NCBI GenBank assembly: GCA_963678315.1
Contig: OY782781.1
Location: forward strand, 896,001 to 960,000
Length of the DNA: 64,000 nucleotides
Direction of reading: 5' to 3'
DNA from: Candidatus Cloacimonadales bacterium
Lineage (GTDB): Bacteria > Cloacimonadota > Cloacimonadia > Cloacimonadales > JAFGVF01
Shown here piece after piece: positions 36,002 through 45,859 of this stretch. Under the pieces are notes generated by a model that saw nothing but the letters and a program-made list of their open reading frames with translations, did not search any database and had not been told where the DNA came from. The translations under genes were made by a program, and so were the position numbers. Within the stretch, counting starts at the first letter, position 1. Each line of letters opens with the position of its first letter.

Positions 36002-36571
36002 ATGTCTAGAATAGGTAAAAAACCAATTGTTCTTCCTGAAGGTGTAAAAGTTACTATTAACGGAAGCCACATTGAAGTAGAAGGTAAACTTGGAAAGCTC
36101 AGTCATGATTTAGTTGGTGGAATCACTATTTCTGAAGAAGAAGGTAAACTTGTTTTATTAAGACAAGATGATACTAGAGATCAGAAAGCATTTCACGGAC
36201 TTGGTAGAGCCTTAGTTAACAACTTAGTAGAAGGTGTATCTGAAGGTTATCAAAAACAATTACATGTAATTGGTACTGGTTATTCAGCTGAAGTAGTTGG
36301 CCCATGGTTAAAACTTAGTGTTGGATACTCACACGATATTCTTTTAGAAATCCCAGAAGGACTTGAAGTAAAAGCTGAATCTATCCCACGTGGTAAAGGT
36401 ATGCATGCAGAGCACCAAGCAAATGTATTCGTATCTGGTATCCATAAAGAAGATGTTGGCAAATTTGCTGCAGAAGTTAGAGCTTGCCGTAAACCTGAAA
36501 ACTATAAAGGTAAAGGTATACGCTACAGCACAGAACATGTTACTATCAAAGCTGGTAAAGCTGGAGCTTAA
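36002..36571 (+). CDS. rplF: 50S ribosomal protein L6
   Basis: MSRIGKKP, GVSEGY, PENYKGKGIRY. Confidence 0.98.
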   Translation: MSRIGKKPIVLPEGVKVTINGSHIEVEGKLGKLSHDLVGGITISEEEGKLVLLRQDDTRDQKAFHGLGRALVNNLVEGVSEGYQKQLHVIGTGYSAEVVGPWLKLSVGYSHDILLEIPEGLEVKAESIPRGKGMHAEHQANVFVSGIHKEDVGKFAAEVRACRKPENYKGKGIRYSTEHVTIKAGKAGA

Positions 36572-36583
36572 GCGAGGTAAATT

Positions 36584-36955
36584 ATGGTTAAACCAAGTAA
36601 TATAATTAGAAATCAAAAAAGAGCTAGACGTAGAAAAGCAATACGTAAGAACTTACATGGAACAGCTGCTAGACCTAGATTAGTTGTTTTCAGAAGTTTA
36701 AAGAATATATATGGTCAGATTATTGATGATAATGCTGGTAAAACATTAGTTTCATTATCAACAAAATCTAAAGATGCTCAAATAGAAGATGGAACAAAGA
36801 AAGTTGATGCTAGCTTCAAGATTGGACAACAATTGGCAGAGAGAGCTTTAAAAGCTGGTATTAAAAAAGTTTGCTTCGACAGAGCCGGTTACAAATATCA
36901 TGGCAGAGTAAAAGCACTAGCTGATGGTGCTAGAAAAGCTGGATTGGAACTATAA
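36584..36955 (+). CDS. rplR: 50S ribosomal protein L18
   Basis: RPRLVVFRS, FDRAGYKYHGRVKALADGAR. Confidence 0.98.
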   Translation: MVKPSNIIRNQKRARRRKAIRKNLHGTAARPRLVVFRSLKNIYGQIIDDNAGKTLVSLSTKSKDAQIEDGTKKVDASFKIGQQLAERALKAGIKKVCFDRAGYKYHGRVKALADGARKAGLEL

Positions 36956-36964
36956 CGGGAGGAT

Positions 36965-37495
36965 ATGTTGAAACAGATTAATAATCAAGAAAACGAAAGC
37001 CAATTAGTTGAAAAAATCGTTGCAACAAATCGTGTAGCAAAAGTTACTAAGGGTGGTAAAAACTTTAGTTTCAGTGCTATTGTAGTTGTTGGTGACAAGC
37101 AAGGTAACGTTGGTGTTGGCAAAGGTAAAGCTATCGAGATTGTTGATGCAATCAGAAAAGCTAAAGAAAGAGCTAATAAATCAATGTTTAAAGTGCCAAT
37201 TATCAACGGTACAATTCCTCATGAAATGTTAGGAAGATACGGAGCTAGTAAAGTTCTTATGCGTCCTGCATCTCCTGGTACTGGTGTTATCGCTGGTGGT
37301 ACTACACGTGCTATTTTTGAAGCAGCTGGAATAGAAAACATTTTGTGTAAATCATTAGGTTCTAACACACCTACTAACGTTGTGAAAGCAACTGTTACTG
37401 GTCTTAAACAACTTAGAACAATCAATGACATTGCAAGACTTAGAAATAAGACTTTTGCTGAATTGACTGGTCAGGAGGTTAAAGATGAAAATTAA
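36965..37495 (+). CDS. rpsE: 30S ribosomal protein S5
   Basis: [27 protein letters not shown]. Confidence 0.98.
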   Translation: MLKQINNQENESQLVEKIVATNRVAKVTKGGKNFSFSAIVVVGDKQGNVGVGKGKAIEIVDAIRKAKERANKSMFKVPIINGTIPHEMLGRYGASKVLMRPASPGTGVIAGGTTRAIFEAAGIENILCKSLGSNTPTNVVKATVTGLKQLRTINDIARLRNKTFAELTGQEVKDEN

Positions 37496-37670
37496 GGTTA
37501 GTCAAGTTAGATCTGCTAATGGTAGAAAAGAACATCACAAGAGAATCTTAGCTTCACTTGGATTAGGTAGAATCGGCAAATCAAGAATTCATGATGACAA
37601 TCCTGTTATCAGAGGAATGATTAAAAAAGTTGACTACTTATTAAAAGTTGAATCTGTTGAAGAGAACTAA
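37485..37670 (+). CDS. rpmD: 50S ribosomal protein L30
   Basis: [17 protein letters not shown]. Confidence 0.96.
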   Translation: MKIKVSQVRSANGRKEHHKRILASLGLGRIGKSRIHDDNPVIRGMIKKVDYLLKVESVEEN

Positions 37671-37680
37671 GGAGTAAGAG

Positions 37681-38151
37681 ATGTTAACTTTACATAATCT
37701 TAGCAAACCAAGCATTAAGAAAAACAAGAAAAGACTTGGTAAAGGTCAGGCTACTGGTACTGGTCAAACTGCTGGTAAAGGTCACAAAGGTCAAAAAGCA
37801 AGATCTGGTGGAAAAGTGCCAATCTGGTTTGAAGGTGGTCAAATGCCTATTCAAAGAAGACTTCCAAAAAGAGGCTTCAAGAATATCTTTAGAATACCTT
37901 TCAGAGTTGTTAATTTAAGAGATTTAGCAAAATTAGATGTAACTGATTTTGATATTAAAAATATGGAAGAATTAGGTTTATTACCGACTCGTGGTGCAAA
38001 ATCTAAATATCCAGTTAAAGTTCTAGCAGAACTTGGTGATGTTGAATTTTCAAAAGCAATTAATATAAAAGCCAACGCTTTTTCCAAAAAAGCAATCGAA
38101 CTGATTGAAAATAACGGTGGTAAAGCGGAGGTAATGAAAGTTGTTCGATAA
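37681..38151 (+). CDS. rplO: 50S ribosomal protein L15
   Basis: GKGHKGQKARSG, FEGGQMP..RRLPKRGF. Confidence 0.98.
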   Translation: MLTLHNLSKPSIKKNKKRLGKGQATGTGQTAGKGHKGQKARSGGKVPIWFEGGQMPIQRRLPKRGFKNIFRIPFRVVNLRDLAKLDVTDFDIKNMEELGLLPTRGAKSKYPVKVLAELGDVEFSKAINIKANAFSKKAIELIENNGGKAEVMKVVR

Positions 38152-39445
38152 AATAGCAAATATATTTAGAGTTCCTGATTTAAAGAAGAAAGTATTATTT
38201 ACTGCCTTTATTCTTGTTTTATACAGATTAGGTAGTTTTATCCCAGTTCCTGGTGTTAATACTTCTGCTTTAGCTGACATGTTCAGTAGAAATTCTGATG
38301 GACTCTTAGGTTTGGTTGATTTGTTCGCTGGTGGTAATATGTCAAAGGCATCAGTATTTGCTTTAGGTATAATGCCGTATATTACAGCTTCAATTGTGGT
38401 CCAACTTCTTGGTAGTGTAGTTCCTTATTTCGAAAAATTAAGAAAAGAAGGTGCTGACGGCCAGAAGAAGATTACTCAAATCACCAGATATGGTACAGTC
38501 TTAGTTGCTGCCGTGAATTCAATAGGTATTTGTGCTATGCTTGTAGCACAAAATAATATAGTAACAATTAACCATTCATTCTTCTTTGTTTCTACAATTA
38601 TTACTTTAATTACAGGTGTTATGATCATCATGTGGTTAGGTGAACAGATTACAGAGAGAGGAATTGGTAACGGAATTTCATTAATCATCTTCGCAGGTAT
38701 TATTGCAAGATTACCTAATGAATTCTTTAATTTATTTAGCCAGACATTTGCTTCTGGTACAATAACAGATATCATTAAATTAGTATTTGTTTTAGCTGCT
38801 ATCATTGGTGTTACTGCTTCAGTTATCTTAGTAACAGAAGCTATCCGTAAGGTTCCTGTTCAATACGCAAAACGTGTTATTGGCAGAAAAGTATATGGTG
38901 GTCAATCAACATATATTCCTTTACGTGTTAACACTGCTGGTGTTATTCCAATTATCTTTGCACAATCTGTGTTAATGTTCCCATTAACAATTATCAGAAT
39001 GTTCAATGCTGATTCACAAATCGTGAATAATTGGTTTGCTCCTGGTACTGCAGTACACACAATATTATCAATGATTTTAATCATATTCTTTGCATATTTC
39101 TATACAGCTATGGTTATGAACCCTGTTGATATGGCAGACAATATGAAAAAATATGGCGGATTCATTCCTGGTGTTAAACAAGGAAAGAAAACTGCTGAAT
39201 ACATTAATCGAATTTTAGTAAGAATCACTCTTCCAGGTGCTATCTTCTACGCATTTATTGCAGTGCTTCCAAATATCCTATTCAGAACAATGAATGTTTC
39301 ATTATCTGTTTTAGGTGGAACTAGTATTATCATCGTTGTTGGTGTTGCTTTAGACACATTGCAACAAATTGAATCTCATCTAGTGGCAAGACATTATGAT
39401 GGCTTCATGAAACGTGGTAAGTTAAGAGGACGTAGCGGAAGATGA
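38141..39445 (+). CDS. secY: Preprotein translocase subunit SecY
   Basis: SVFALGIMPYITASI, WLGEQITERGIGNGISL, GVIPIIFA, GGFIPG; TTG start. Confidence 0.99.
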   Translation: MFDKIANIFRVPDLKKKVLFTAFILVLYRLGSFIPVPGVNTSALADMFSRNSDGLLGLVDLFAGGNMSKASVFALGIMPYITASIVVQLLGSVVPYFEKLRKEGADGQKKITQITRYGTVLVAAVNSIGICAMLVAQNNIVTINHSFFFVSTIITLITGVMIIMWLGEQITERGIGNGISLIIFAGIIARLPNEFFNLFSQTFASGTITDIIKLVFVLAAIIGVTASVILVTEAIRKVPVQYAKRVIGRKVYGGQSTYIPLRVNTAGVIPIIFAQSVLMFPLTIIRMFNADSQIVNNWFAPGTAVHTILSMILIIFFAYFYTAMVMNPVDMADNMKKYGGFIPGVKQGKKTAEYINRILVRITLPGAIFYAFIAVLPNILFRTMNVSLSVLGGTSIIIVVGVALDTLQQIESHLVARHYDGFMKRGKLRGRSGR

Positions 39446-40215
39446 TAAAGATTAAAAAGCAGCATGAGATTGAAAAAATGCGTTCAGCAGGTAAAATAAT
39501 AGGTCTTCTCTGGGAAGAAATGGGGAAGATTGTTAAGCCAGGTGTAAGTACTTGGGAATTAGATAAATTTGCTGATGATTTTATTCGCTCTCATGGTGCT
39601 TATCCTGCATTTAAGGGTTATTCAGTTCCTGGATTACCTCCATTCCCTGGAGCTATATGTGCTTCAGTTAATTCAACTATCGTTCATGGTATTCCTTCTA
39701 AGAATGTTATTCTTAAAGAAGGTGATATTATTGGAGTAGATGTTGGAACACGTAAGAATGGATACCATGGAGATTCAGCTTATACTTTTACAGTTGGAGA
39801 AATATCCAAAGAGACTCAGAAGTTACTTGATGTAACTAAAGAAGCTCTTGAAATTGGAATTTCAATGGCTGTTGAAGGTAACAGATTTGGAGATATCTCT
39901 CATGCTATTGGTACTTTTGTTAAAAAGTCTGGCTATTATTGTGCAGACGATTTAACAGGCCATGGTATTGGAAGGGATCTACATGAGGATCCTATGATTC
40001 CAAATATTGGAAAGGCTGGAACTGGAAAACTAATTAAAGAAGGAATGACCATAGCAATTGAGCCAATGGTCAACATTGGAACTAATAGAGTATCAGAAAG
40101 AGGCTGGGAATTCTTCGTTAAAGATGGTTCTTTATCAGCCCATTTCGAGCATACAATATTGGTGACTAAAAATAAACCAGAAATTTTAACCAAGGTAGGA
40201 AATAAGAATGGCTAA
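39442..40215 (+). CDS. map: Type I methionine aminopeptidase
   Basis: VHGIP, GYHGDSA, GHGIG..HEDP, AIEPM, SAHFEHT. Confidence 0.98.
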   Translation: MIKIKKQHEIEKMRSAGKIIGLLWEEMGKIVKPGVSTWELDKFADDFIRSHGAYPAFKGYSVPGLPPFPGAICASVNSTIVHGIPSKNVILKEGDIIGVDVGTRKNGYHGDSAYTFTVGEISKETQKLLDVTKEALEIGISMAVEGNRFGDISHAIGTFVKKSGYYCADDLTGHGIGRDLHEDPMIPNIGKAGTGKLIKEGMTIAIEPMVNIGTNRVSERGWEFFVKDGSLSAHFEHTILVTKNKPEILTKVGNKNG

Positions 40216-40426
40216 ATCAGGTGTTATTGAGGTAGAAGGAGTAGTTAAAGAATCCTTGCCAAATACGCAGTTTAAGGTAGAATTAGAGAATGGACATGTT
40301 ATTCATGCACATAGTTCTGGTAAGATGAGAATGCATTTCATCAGAATTTTACCAGGCGATAAAGTCAAAGTAGAACTGTCACCGTACGATTTAACAAAAG
40401 GAAGAATTACCTACCGCTATAAATAG
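40208..40426 (+). CDS. infA: Translation initiation factor IF-1
   Basis: [32 protein letters not shown]. Confidence 0.99.
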   Translation: MAKSGVIEVEGVVKESLPNTQFKVELENGHVIHAHSSGKMRMHFIRILPGDKVKVELSPYDLTKGRITYRYK

Positions 40427-40450
40427 CGTTACAGATGTTAGGAGATAAAA

Positions 40451-40564
40451 ATGAAAGTAAGAGCTTCTGTTAAGAAAATCTGTAAAGATTGTAGAATCAT
40501 TAAAAGAAATGGTGTTGTACGTGTGATTTGTAAAAATCCAAAACACAAACAACGTCAAGGATAG
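40451..40564 (+). CDS. rpmJ: 50S ribosomal protein L36 (not in ORF track)
   Basis: Manual translation: [44 protein letters not shown] upstream. Confidence 0.98.
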   Translation: MKVRASVKKICKDCRIIKRNGVVRVICKNPKHKQRQG

Positions 40565-40599
40565 TAATTTTATATATATAAAACCTAAGGGAGGAAAGC

Positions 40600-40971
40600 T
40601 TGGCACATATAGCAGGTGTTGAGATTCCTAATAACAAAAGAGTTGTTATAGGATTAACTTATATTTATGGTATTGGAAGATCTATGTCTTCAGAAATCCT
40701 CAAGAAGGCAAACGTTGATGAAAGCATCAAGGTAAAAGATCTTTCTGTTGAACAAGAAAGACTTATTCGTGACATTATTCAGAATGAATACACTGTTGAA
40801 GGTACATTAAGAACTAAGATAGCATTAGATATCAAACGTCTTATGGAAATTAATTGTTATCGTGGACTCCGTCATAAGAGAGGACTTCCAGTACATGGAC
40901 AAAATACTCAAAACAACGCTAGAACTAGAAAAGGTCCAAAACCTGGTTCTATCAAGAAGAAGAAGAAATAG
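40600..40971 (+). CDS. rpsM: 30S ribosomal protein S13
   Basis: [28 protein letters not shown] start. Confidence 0.98.
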   Translation: MAHIAGVEIPNNKRVVIGLTYIYGIGRSMSSEILKKANVDESIKVKDLSVEQERLIRDIIQNEYTVEGTLRTKIALDIKRLMEINCYRGLRHKRGLPVHGQNTQNNARTRKGPKPGSIKKKKK

Positions 40972-40977
40972 GAGTAG

Positions 40978-41373
40978 ATGATGGCAAAAAAGAACGTAAG
41001 AACTAAGAAGAAAAGAGTTCGTTTAGCTTTCGACGAAGGTGTAATGCACGTTCATTCAAGTTTTAATAATACTATTATTACTTTAGCTGATAAAGCTGGC
41101 AATGTACTTGCATGGTCTTCAGGTGGTAAAATTGGTAATAAAGGTTCAAGAAAATCAACTCCATACGCTGCTCAGATGGCAGCTAGTGAAGTTTCTAAAA
41201 CTGCATTAGATATGGGTATTACCAAAATTAGCGTTATAGTTCGTGGACCAGGTGGTGGAAGAGAAGCTTCTATTCGTTCAATGAATGCTGCTGGTTTAAG
41301 AGTATTATCTATTACTGATGCTACTCCAATTCCTCACAATGGTTGCCGTCCACCAAAAACAAGAAGAATTTAA
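40978..41373 (+). CDS. rpsK: 30S ribosomal protein S11
   Basis: SFNNTI, GSRKSTPYAA, TPIPHNGCRP. Confidence 0.98.
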   Translation: MMAKKNVRTKKKRVRLAFDEGVMHVHSSFNNTIITLADKAGNVLAWSSGGKIGNKGSRKSTPYAAQMAASEVSKTALDMGITKISVIVRGPGGGREASIRSMNAAGLRVLSITDATPIPHNGCRPPKTRRI

Positions 41374-41382
41374 GGGGGAATA

Positions 41383-41997
41383 ATGGCACGATATACAGGA
41401 CCTAAAGCAAAATTAGTACGTAAATTTGGTGAAAACATCTTTGGAACACCAAAATACGATAGAATATTAGAAAAAAGAAACTATCCTGCAGGTGATCATG
41501 GCAAAAGATTCCGCAAGAAGATGAGTGACTACGGTACTCACTTGATGGAAAAACAAAAGCTAAGACACACTTATTGCTTATTAGAAAAACAGTTCTACAA
41601 CTATTTCTTAAAAGCATCTAAGAAGGATGGTGTTACTGGTGATAACTTCTTACAACTTCTTGAAAGAAGATTAGATAACGTTGTTTATAGATTAGGTTTT
41701 GCTGTAACTAGAATGCAAGCACGCCAATTTGTAAATCACGGTCATATCTTTGTAAATGGAAGAAGAGTAAATATTGCTTCATTCCTTTGCAAACCAGGTG
41801 ATATTATTGAGATTAATGATAAAAGTAAAAGAGGTGCTATCACTGATGCTCTAGAAGTTACAAGTGCTACATCAAACTACTCATGGTTATCAGTTGATAA
41901 ACAAAACTTCAAAGGTGAATTTTTAGCTATACCTAATGCTGAAGAGATACCTACTAACGTAGATGTCCGTTTAATTGTTGAGTTCTATTCTAAATAA
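41383..41997 (+). CDS. rpsD: 30S ribosomal protein S4
   Basis: MARYTGP, EKQKLR, LERRLDNVVYRLG, IVEFYSK. Confidence 0.98.
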   Translation: MARYTGPKAKLVRKFGENIFGTPKYDRILEKRNYPAGDHGKRFRKKMSDYGTHLMEKQKLRHTYCLLEKQFYNYFLKASKKDGVTGDNFLQLLERRLDNVVYRLGFAVTRMQARQFVNHGHIFVNGRRVNIASFLCKPGDIIEINDKSKRGAITDALEVTSATSNYSWLSVDKQNFKGEFLAIPNAEEIPTNVDVRLIVEFYSK

Positions 41998-42012
41998 ACT
42001 TTGGAGAAACAA

Positions 42013-43020
42013 ATGATGTTCTTAGAACCGTTGCAGATGCCTGATAAGGTAGATACTATTGAATTAAGTGATACTTTTGGAAAGTTTGAAATTGGTCCAT
42101 TAGAGCCAGGATTCGGAACTACTATTGGTAATACAATTAGAAGAGTATTACTATCATCTATTCAAGGTGCTGCAATCAAATATGTGAGAATTGAAGGCCT
42201 TCATCATGAGTTTAGTGCTATTCCTGGTGCTGATTCTGATTATGTTGACTTGATTCTTAAATTGAAAGAGTTGGTTCTTAAAATTGACGATATTAACGAA
42301 GTTGAGTTAGTTTTAGAACACAAAGGAAAAGGTGTAGTAACTGCAGCTGAAATCCAAACTCCAGGAAATGTTGAAATTCTTAATCCTGAATTAGAACTTC
42401 TTAACATGACTGAAGAATCTGAAATAAGAATTGAACTTTGGGCTGCTAATGGAAGAGGTTTTACCCCTTCTGATAAACAGGACATGGAAGATAAATCTAT
42501 TGGAGTTATTCCGATTGATTCTATCTATTCACCAATTAGAAAAGTAAATTTCTTTGTCTCTAACCAACGTGTTAAAGAAAAGATGAACTATGATAAACTT
42601 ACTGTTGAAGTTGAATCTGATGGTTCTATCAACCCTAAGAATGCACTTTTCTTATCAGCTAAGATACTTAAAGATTTATACTCAGGCATCTCTCAATTCG
42701 AGGTTGAACCTGAATATATTGAAGAAGTTCAAATGGACCCAGAATTAGAACGCTACGAAAAGCTATTTAACATGAATGTTAAAGAACTTGAATTAACTGT
42801 TCGTTCTGCTAACTGTCTTACTGCTGCTAAAATTGAAAAAATAGGTGAATTAGTTGGAAAGAGTGAAAGCGAAATGCTTAAATACCGTAACTTCGGTAAA
42901 AAATCACTTGATGAAATTAATGGATTACTCGAAAACTATGGCTTGTCTCTCGGTATGGACGTTGATTCATATATGAAACAAATCGAAGAGGCAAAAAATA
43001 GAGTAAAAATTAAAGAATAA
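42013..43020 (+). CDS. rpoA: RNA polymerase subunit alpha
   Basis: PLEPGFGTTIGNTIRRVLLSS, IDSIYSP, LELTVRSANCL, NFGKKSL; start probably ATG 42013 (GGAG upstream). Confidence 0.98.
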   Translation: MMFLEPLQMPDKVDTIELSDTFGKFEIGPLEPGFGTTIGNTIRRVLLSSIQGAAIKYVRIEGLHHEFSAIPGADSDYVDLILKLKELVLKIDDINEVELVLEHKGKGVVTAAEIQTPGNVEILNPELELLNMTEESEIRIELWAANGRGFTPSDKQDMEDKSIGVIPIDSIYSPIRKVNFFVSNQRVKEKMNYDKLTVEVESDGSINPKNALFLSAKILKDLYSGISQFEVEPEYIEEVQMDPELERYEKLFNMNVKELELTVRSANCLTAAKIEKIGELVGKSESEMLKYRNFGKKSLDEINGLLENYGLSLGMDVDSYMKQIEEAKNRVKIKE

Positions 43021-43032
43021 GGAATTATAACC

Positions 43033-43416
43033 ATGAGACATAAAGTAAAAGGTAGAAAATTTGGCTTAGAAAGTGCTCATAGAAAAGCTATGCTTAACAA
43101 CTTAGTTAAATCTTTGATTGAGCACGGACGTATCAACACTACTCTTGCTAGAGCTAAAGAAATGCGCTCTCTCGCTGAAAGATGCGTTACTTATGGCAAG
43201 AAGAATGATGTGCATAATCGTCGCTTAGCTTATAAAGTTCTTCAAAATAGAGACCTTGTTAAAAGACTCTTCGAAGATATAGCTCCAAATTTCACTGATA
43301 GAAACGGTGGTTACACTCGTATCTATAAAGCTGGTAACCGTAGAGGTGATAACGCTCCTATGGCTATCATTGAATTTGTTGACTATGAACTTCCAAAAGA
43401 AGCTGACGCTGAATAA
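43033..43416 (+). CDS. rplQ: 50S ribosomal protein L17
   Basis: MRH..HRKAML, TTLARAKE, RNGGYTRI, RRGDNAPMA. Confidence 0.99.
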   Translation: MRHKVKGRKFGLESAHRKAMLNNLVKSLIEHGRINTTLARAKEMRSLAERCVTYGKKNDVHNRRLAYKVLQNRDLVKRLFEDIAPNFTDRNGGYTRIYKAGNRRGDNAPMAIIEFVDYELPKEADAE

Positions 43417-43440
43417 GTTAATAAATAGATTATATAAATT

Positions 43441-43469
43441 AAGGCTACCCTTGGGTAGCCTTTTTTTTT
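43441..43469 (+). terminator. Intrinsic terminator ending the alpha operon
   Basis: AAGGCTACC/GGTAGCCTT stem plus T-run. Confidence 0.93.
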
Positions 43470-43611
43470 GCTGTTAAGAAAATTTAATTAAGCTTGTAGA
43501 ATAGCTTAAAATAGTAGCTTATAGAACTTTAACAATAATTAATAAGAAAAACATTTGACAATTGTTCACTAGCTTCAATAATTCTATCATATATATAATT
43601 ATGGAGGAATA

Positions 43612-45789
43612 ATGAGAAAAACACTTTTCTTTTTTTTGTTAGTTTTTTTGACGTTTAGTTGTAATAATTTATTTGCTGATTCGTGGACTGAAGATTTTGA
43701 AGATACTCCTAGTACTTCATATTCTGCAACATCAATAATCATCAATGGTAGGACTTGGACAAAAAAAGAAGCAGGTAACTTTAGTTATGCTAATTCTAGT
43801 GCTGGTTCTTATGGCTTTACTATCAATGATGATAAAACTGGAGCACATATAACAACGCCTGCATTAAATACAATCGGAACCGTAAGTTTTAAATATGCAT
43901 ATATTTATGGAAGCTCTTCTAATGTTTTTGTCCTACAAAAATCTTATGATGGCACTGCATTTACTGACCTAGATACTCATACCTTAGGTTCTGAATCTAA
44001 CTCAACTTATGTTGATTACTCATTTGAAGTTAACGATTCAGCTTCAGCTGTATATATCAGAATCTTAAGTGATGATCAAAGTGGTCACTTATTTATAGAT
44101 GATTTTTCTGTTACAGATGCTACTGGTTCCTCAACAGTTGCAACACCAGTAATAACACCTGCGACTGGAACCTACTATAACACTCAATCAGTTACCATAT
44201 CATGTTCTACACCTGCTGCAAATATCTATTATACTTTGGATGGAAGTGCTCCAACAAGTAATTCTACTTCTTATACAGGAGAATTTAATGTTACTGCAAC
44301 AACAACAGTTAATGCAATTGCATATAAAACAGGTATGGATAGTAGTAGTGTAGTTACAGAAAATATTGAAATTCTACTAGCTACACCCGTGATAACACCT
44401 GTGACTGGAACTTATTATGAAGATCAAACAGTTACCATATCATGTGAGACAAGTGGTGCTACTATTCGTTACACTACAAATGGAGAAGACCCTGATGAAA
44501 ATTCTACAGAATATTCATCTGGAATTAGTATTTCAGAAACAACTACTGTTAAGGCAATTGCTTTTAAAGAGGGATTTATTAATAACGAAATAGTTACATC
44601 TGTAATTACTATTGAAGAAGCTCCTACAGGAGCTACAGATTTATTCTTCTCTGAATATATTGAAGGTAGCTCAAACAACAAAGCTATCGAAATCTATAAT
44701 GGTACTGGAAGTGATGTTAATTTAGCTAATTACGTTATCAAAATTGCGTTTAACGGTAGTAGTGAATGGAGTACTTCAACTTTAGATTTAACGGGTTCAT
44801 TAGCTAGTAACGCTGTTTATGTAGTAGCTAATAATAATGCAGCAGTTGATCTTAAAACTATTGCTAATATTACAAATGGAACTGTTTGCAATTTCAATGG
44901 TAATGATGTTATAGGACTTTTCAAAAGTGGAAATTTAATAGATGTTATTGGTGAGTTGGGTGTGGATACAGAGTGGACAGTTTCGGGTGTTGAAAATGCT
45001 GGTGCAGAACACTCACTTATTAGAAAGTCTAATATATTCCAAGGAAATACAAACTGGAGTCAATCTTCTGGTGCATCTAAAGCTGAATCTGAGTGGACAG
45101 TTACAGAATACTCTAGTGGAACTAATAATCTTGGAAACCACACATTTGCTGGACAAACCCTTCCAGTTGAACTTACAGGCTTCAATGCAACATACACAAA
45201 TGTAGCAGATGGTGCTTCTTTTGTATCAATCGAATGGACAACAGGATCTGAATCAAATATTCTTGGATACTATGTTTTAAGAAACGAATTTGAAGACCTT
45301 GAAACAGCATACAGAGTTAACTCTGGTGTTGAAACAGCTACTAACTCAGTAACTGGTTCAAGTTATTCATACATTGATGATGAAATAGATACAAACACAA
45401 CATATTATTATTGGTTAGAATCAGTTGAATTAAGTAATACAAATGAATTCTTTGGACCAGTAATGGTTAAAGTTGAAGATCATCATGATGTTGAGGACAT
45501 TGTTATTCCTCAGTTTACTTCTTTAAGAAGTGTTTATCCAAACCCATTCAATCCTTCTACATCTGTAAGATTCTATGTTAAAGAAGCTCAGAATGTTAAA
45601 ATTAATGTTTATAATGTTAAAGGACAATTGATTTCAGAACTTGCAAATGATAATTATGGTCAAGGTTTCCATGACCTTGTTTGGAATGGTAAAGATAATT
45701 CTGGTGCTGATTGTGCTTCTGGAATGTATTTCTTCAAGATGGAAGCAGCAGAAAAAACACAAATTAAAAAGGCTTTACTCGTAAAATAA
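43612..45789 (+). CDS. Secreted multidomain protein: two chitobiase/Fn3-associated repeats, lamin-tail domain, T9SS/FlgD-like CTD
   Basis: Signal peptide; ATPVITP..IYYTLDGSAP and IRYTTNGEDP repeats; LFFSEYIEGSSNNKAIEIYNG; LPVELTGF; YPNPFNP..KKALLVK. Confidence 0.82.
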   Translation: MRKTLFFFLLVFLTFSCNNLFADSWTEDFEDTPSTSYSATSIIINGRTWTKKEAGNFSYANSSAGSYGFTINDDKTGAHITTPALNTIGTVSFKYAYIYGSSSNVFVLQKSYDGTAFTDLDTHTLGSESNSTYVDYSFEVNDSASAVYIRILSDDQSGHLFIDDFSVTDATGSSTVATPVITPATGTYYNTQSVTISCSTPAANIYYTLDGSAPTSNSTSYTGEFNVTATTTVNAIAYKTGMDSSSVVTENIEILLATPVITPVTGTYYEDQTVTISCETSGATIRYTTNGEDPDENSTEYSSGISISETTTVKAIAFKEGFINNEIVTSVITIEEAPTGATDLFFSEYIEGSSNNKAIEIYNGTGSDVNLANYVIKIAFNGSSEWSTSTLDLTGSLASNAVYVVANNNAAVDLKTIANITNGTVCNFNGNDVIGLFKSGNLIDVIGELGVDTEWTVSGVENAGAEHSLIRKSNIFQGNTNWSQSSGASKAESEWTVTEYSSGTNNLGNHTFAGQTLPVELTGFNATYTNVADGASFVSIEWTTGSESNILGYYVLRNEFEDLETAYRVNSGVETATNSVTGSSYSYIDDEIDTNTTYYYWLESVELSNTNEFFGPVMVKVEDHHDVEDIVIPQFTSLRSVYPNPFNPSTSVRFYVKEAQNVKINVYNVKGQLISELANDNYGQGFHDLVWNGKDNSGADCASGMYFFKMEAAEKTQIKKALLVK

Positions 45790-45820
45790 ACTAACTAATA
45801 TCGAAAAGTAAAATATATAC

Positions 45821-45851
45821 AGCGTGTAGATTTATTCTACACGCTTTTTTT
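45821..45851 (+). terminator. Intrinsic terminator
   Basis: AGCGTGTAGA/TCTACACGCT stem plus T-run. Confidence 0.9.
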
Positions 45852-45859
45852 GTTGAATT

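Noticed and set aside
29670..42485. Antisense and alternate-frame ORFs within the r-protein cluster
   Set aside because: They overlap well-conserved genes and reflect codon bias
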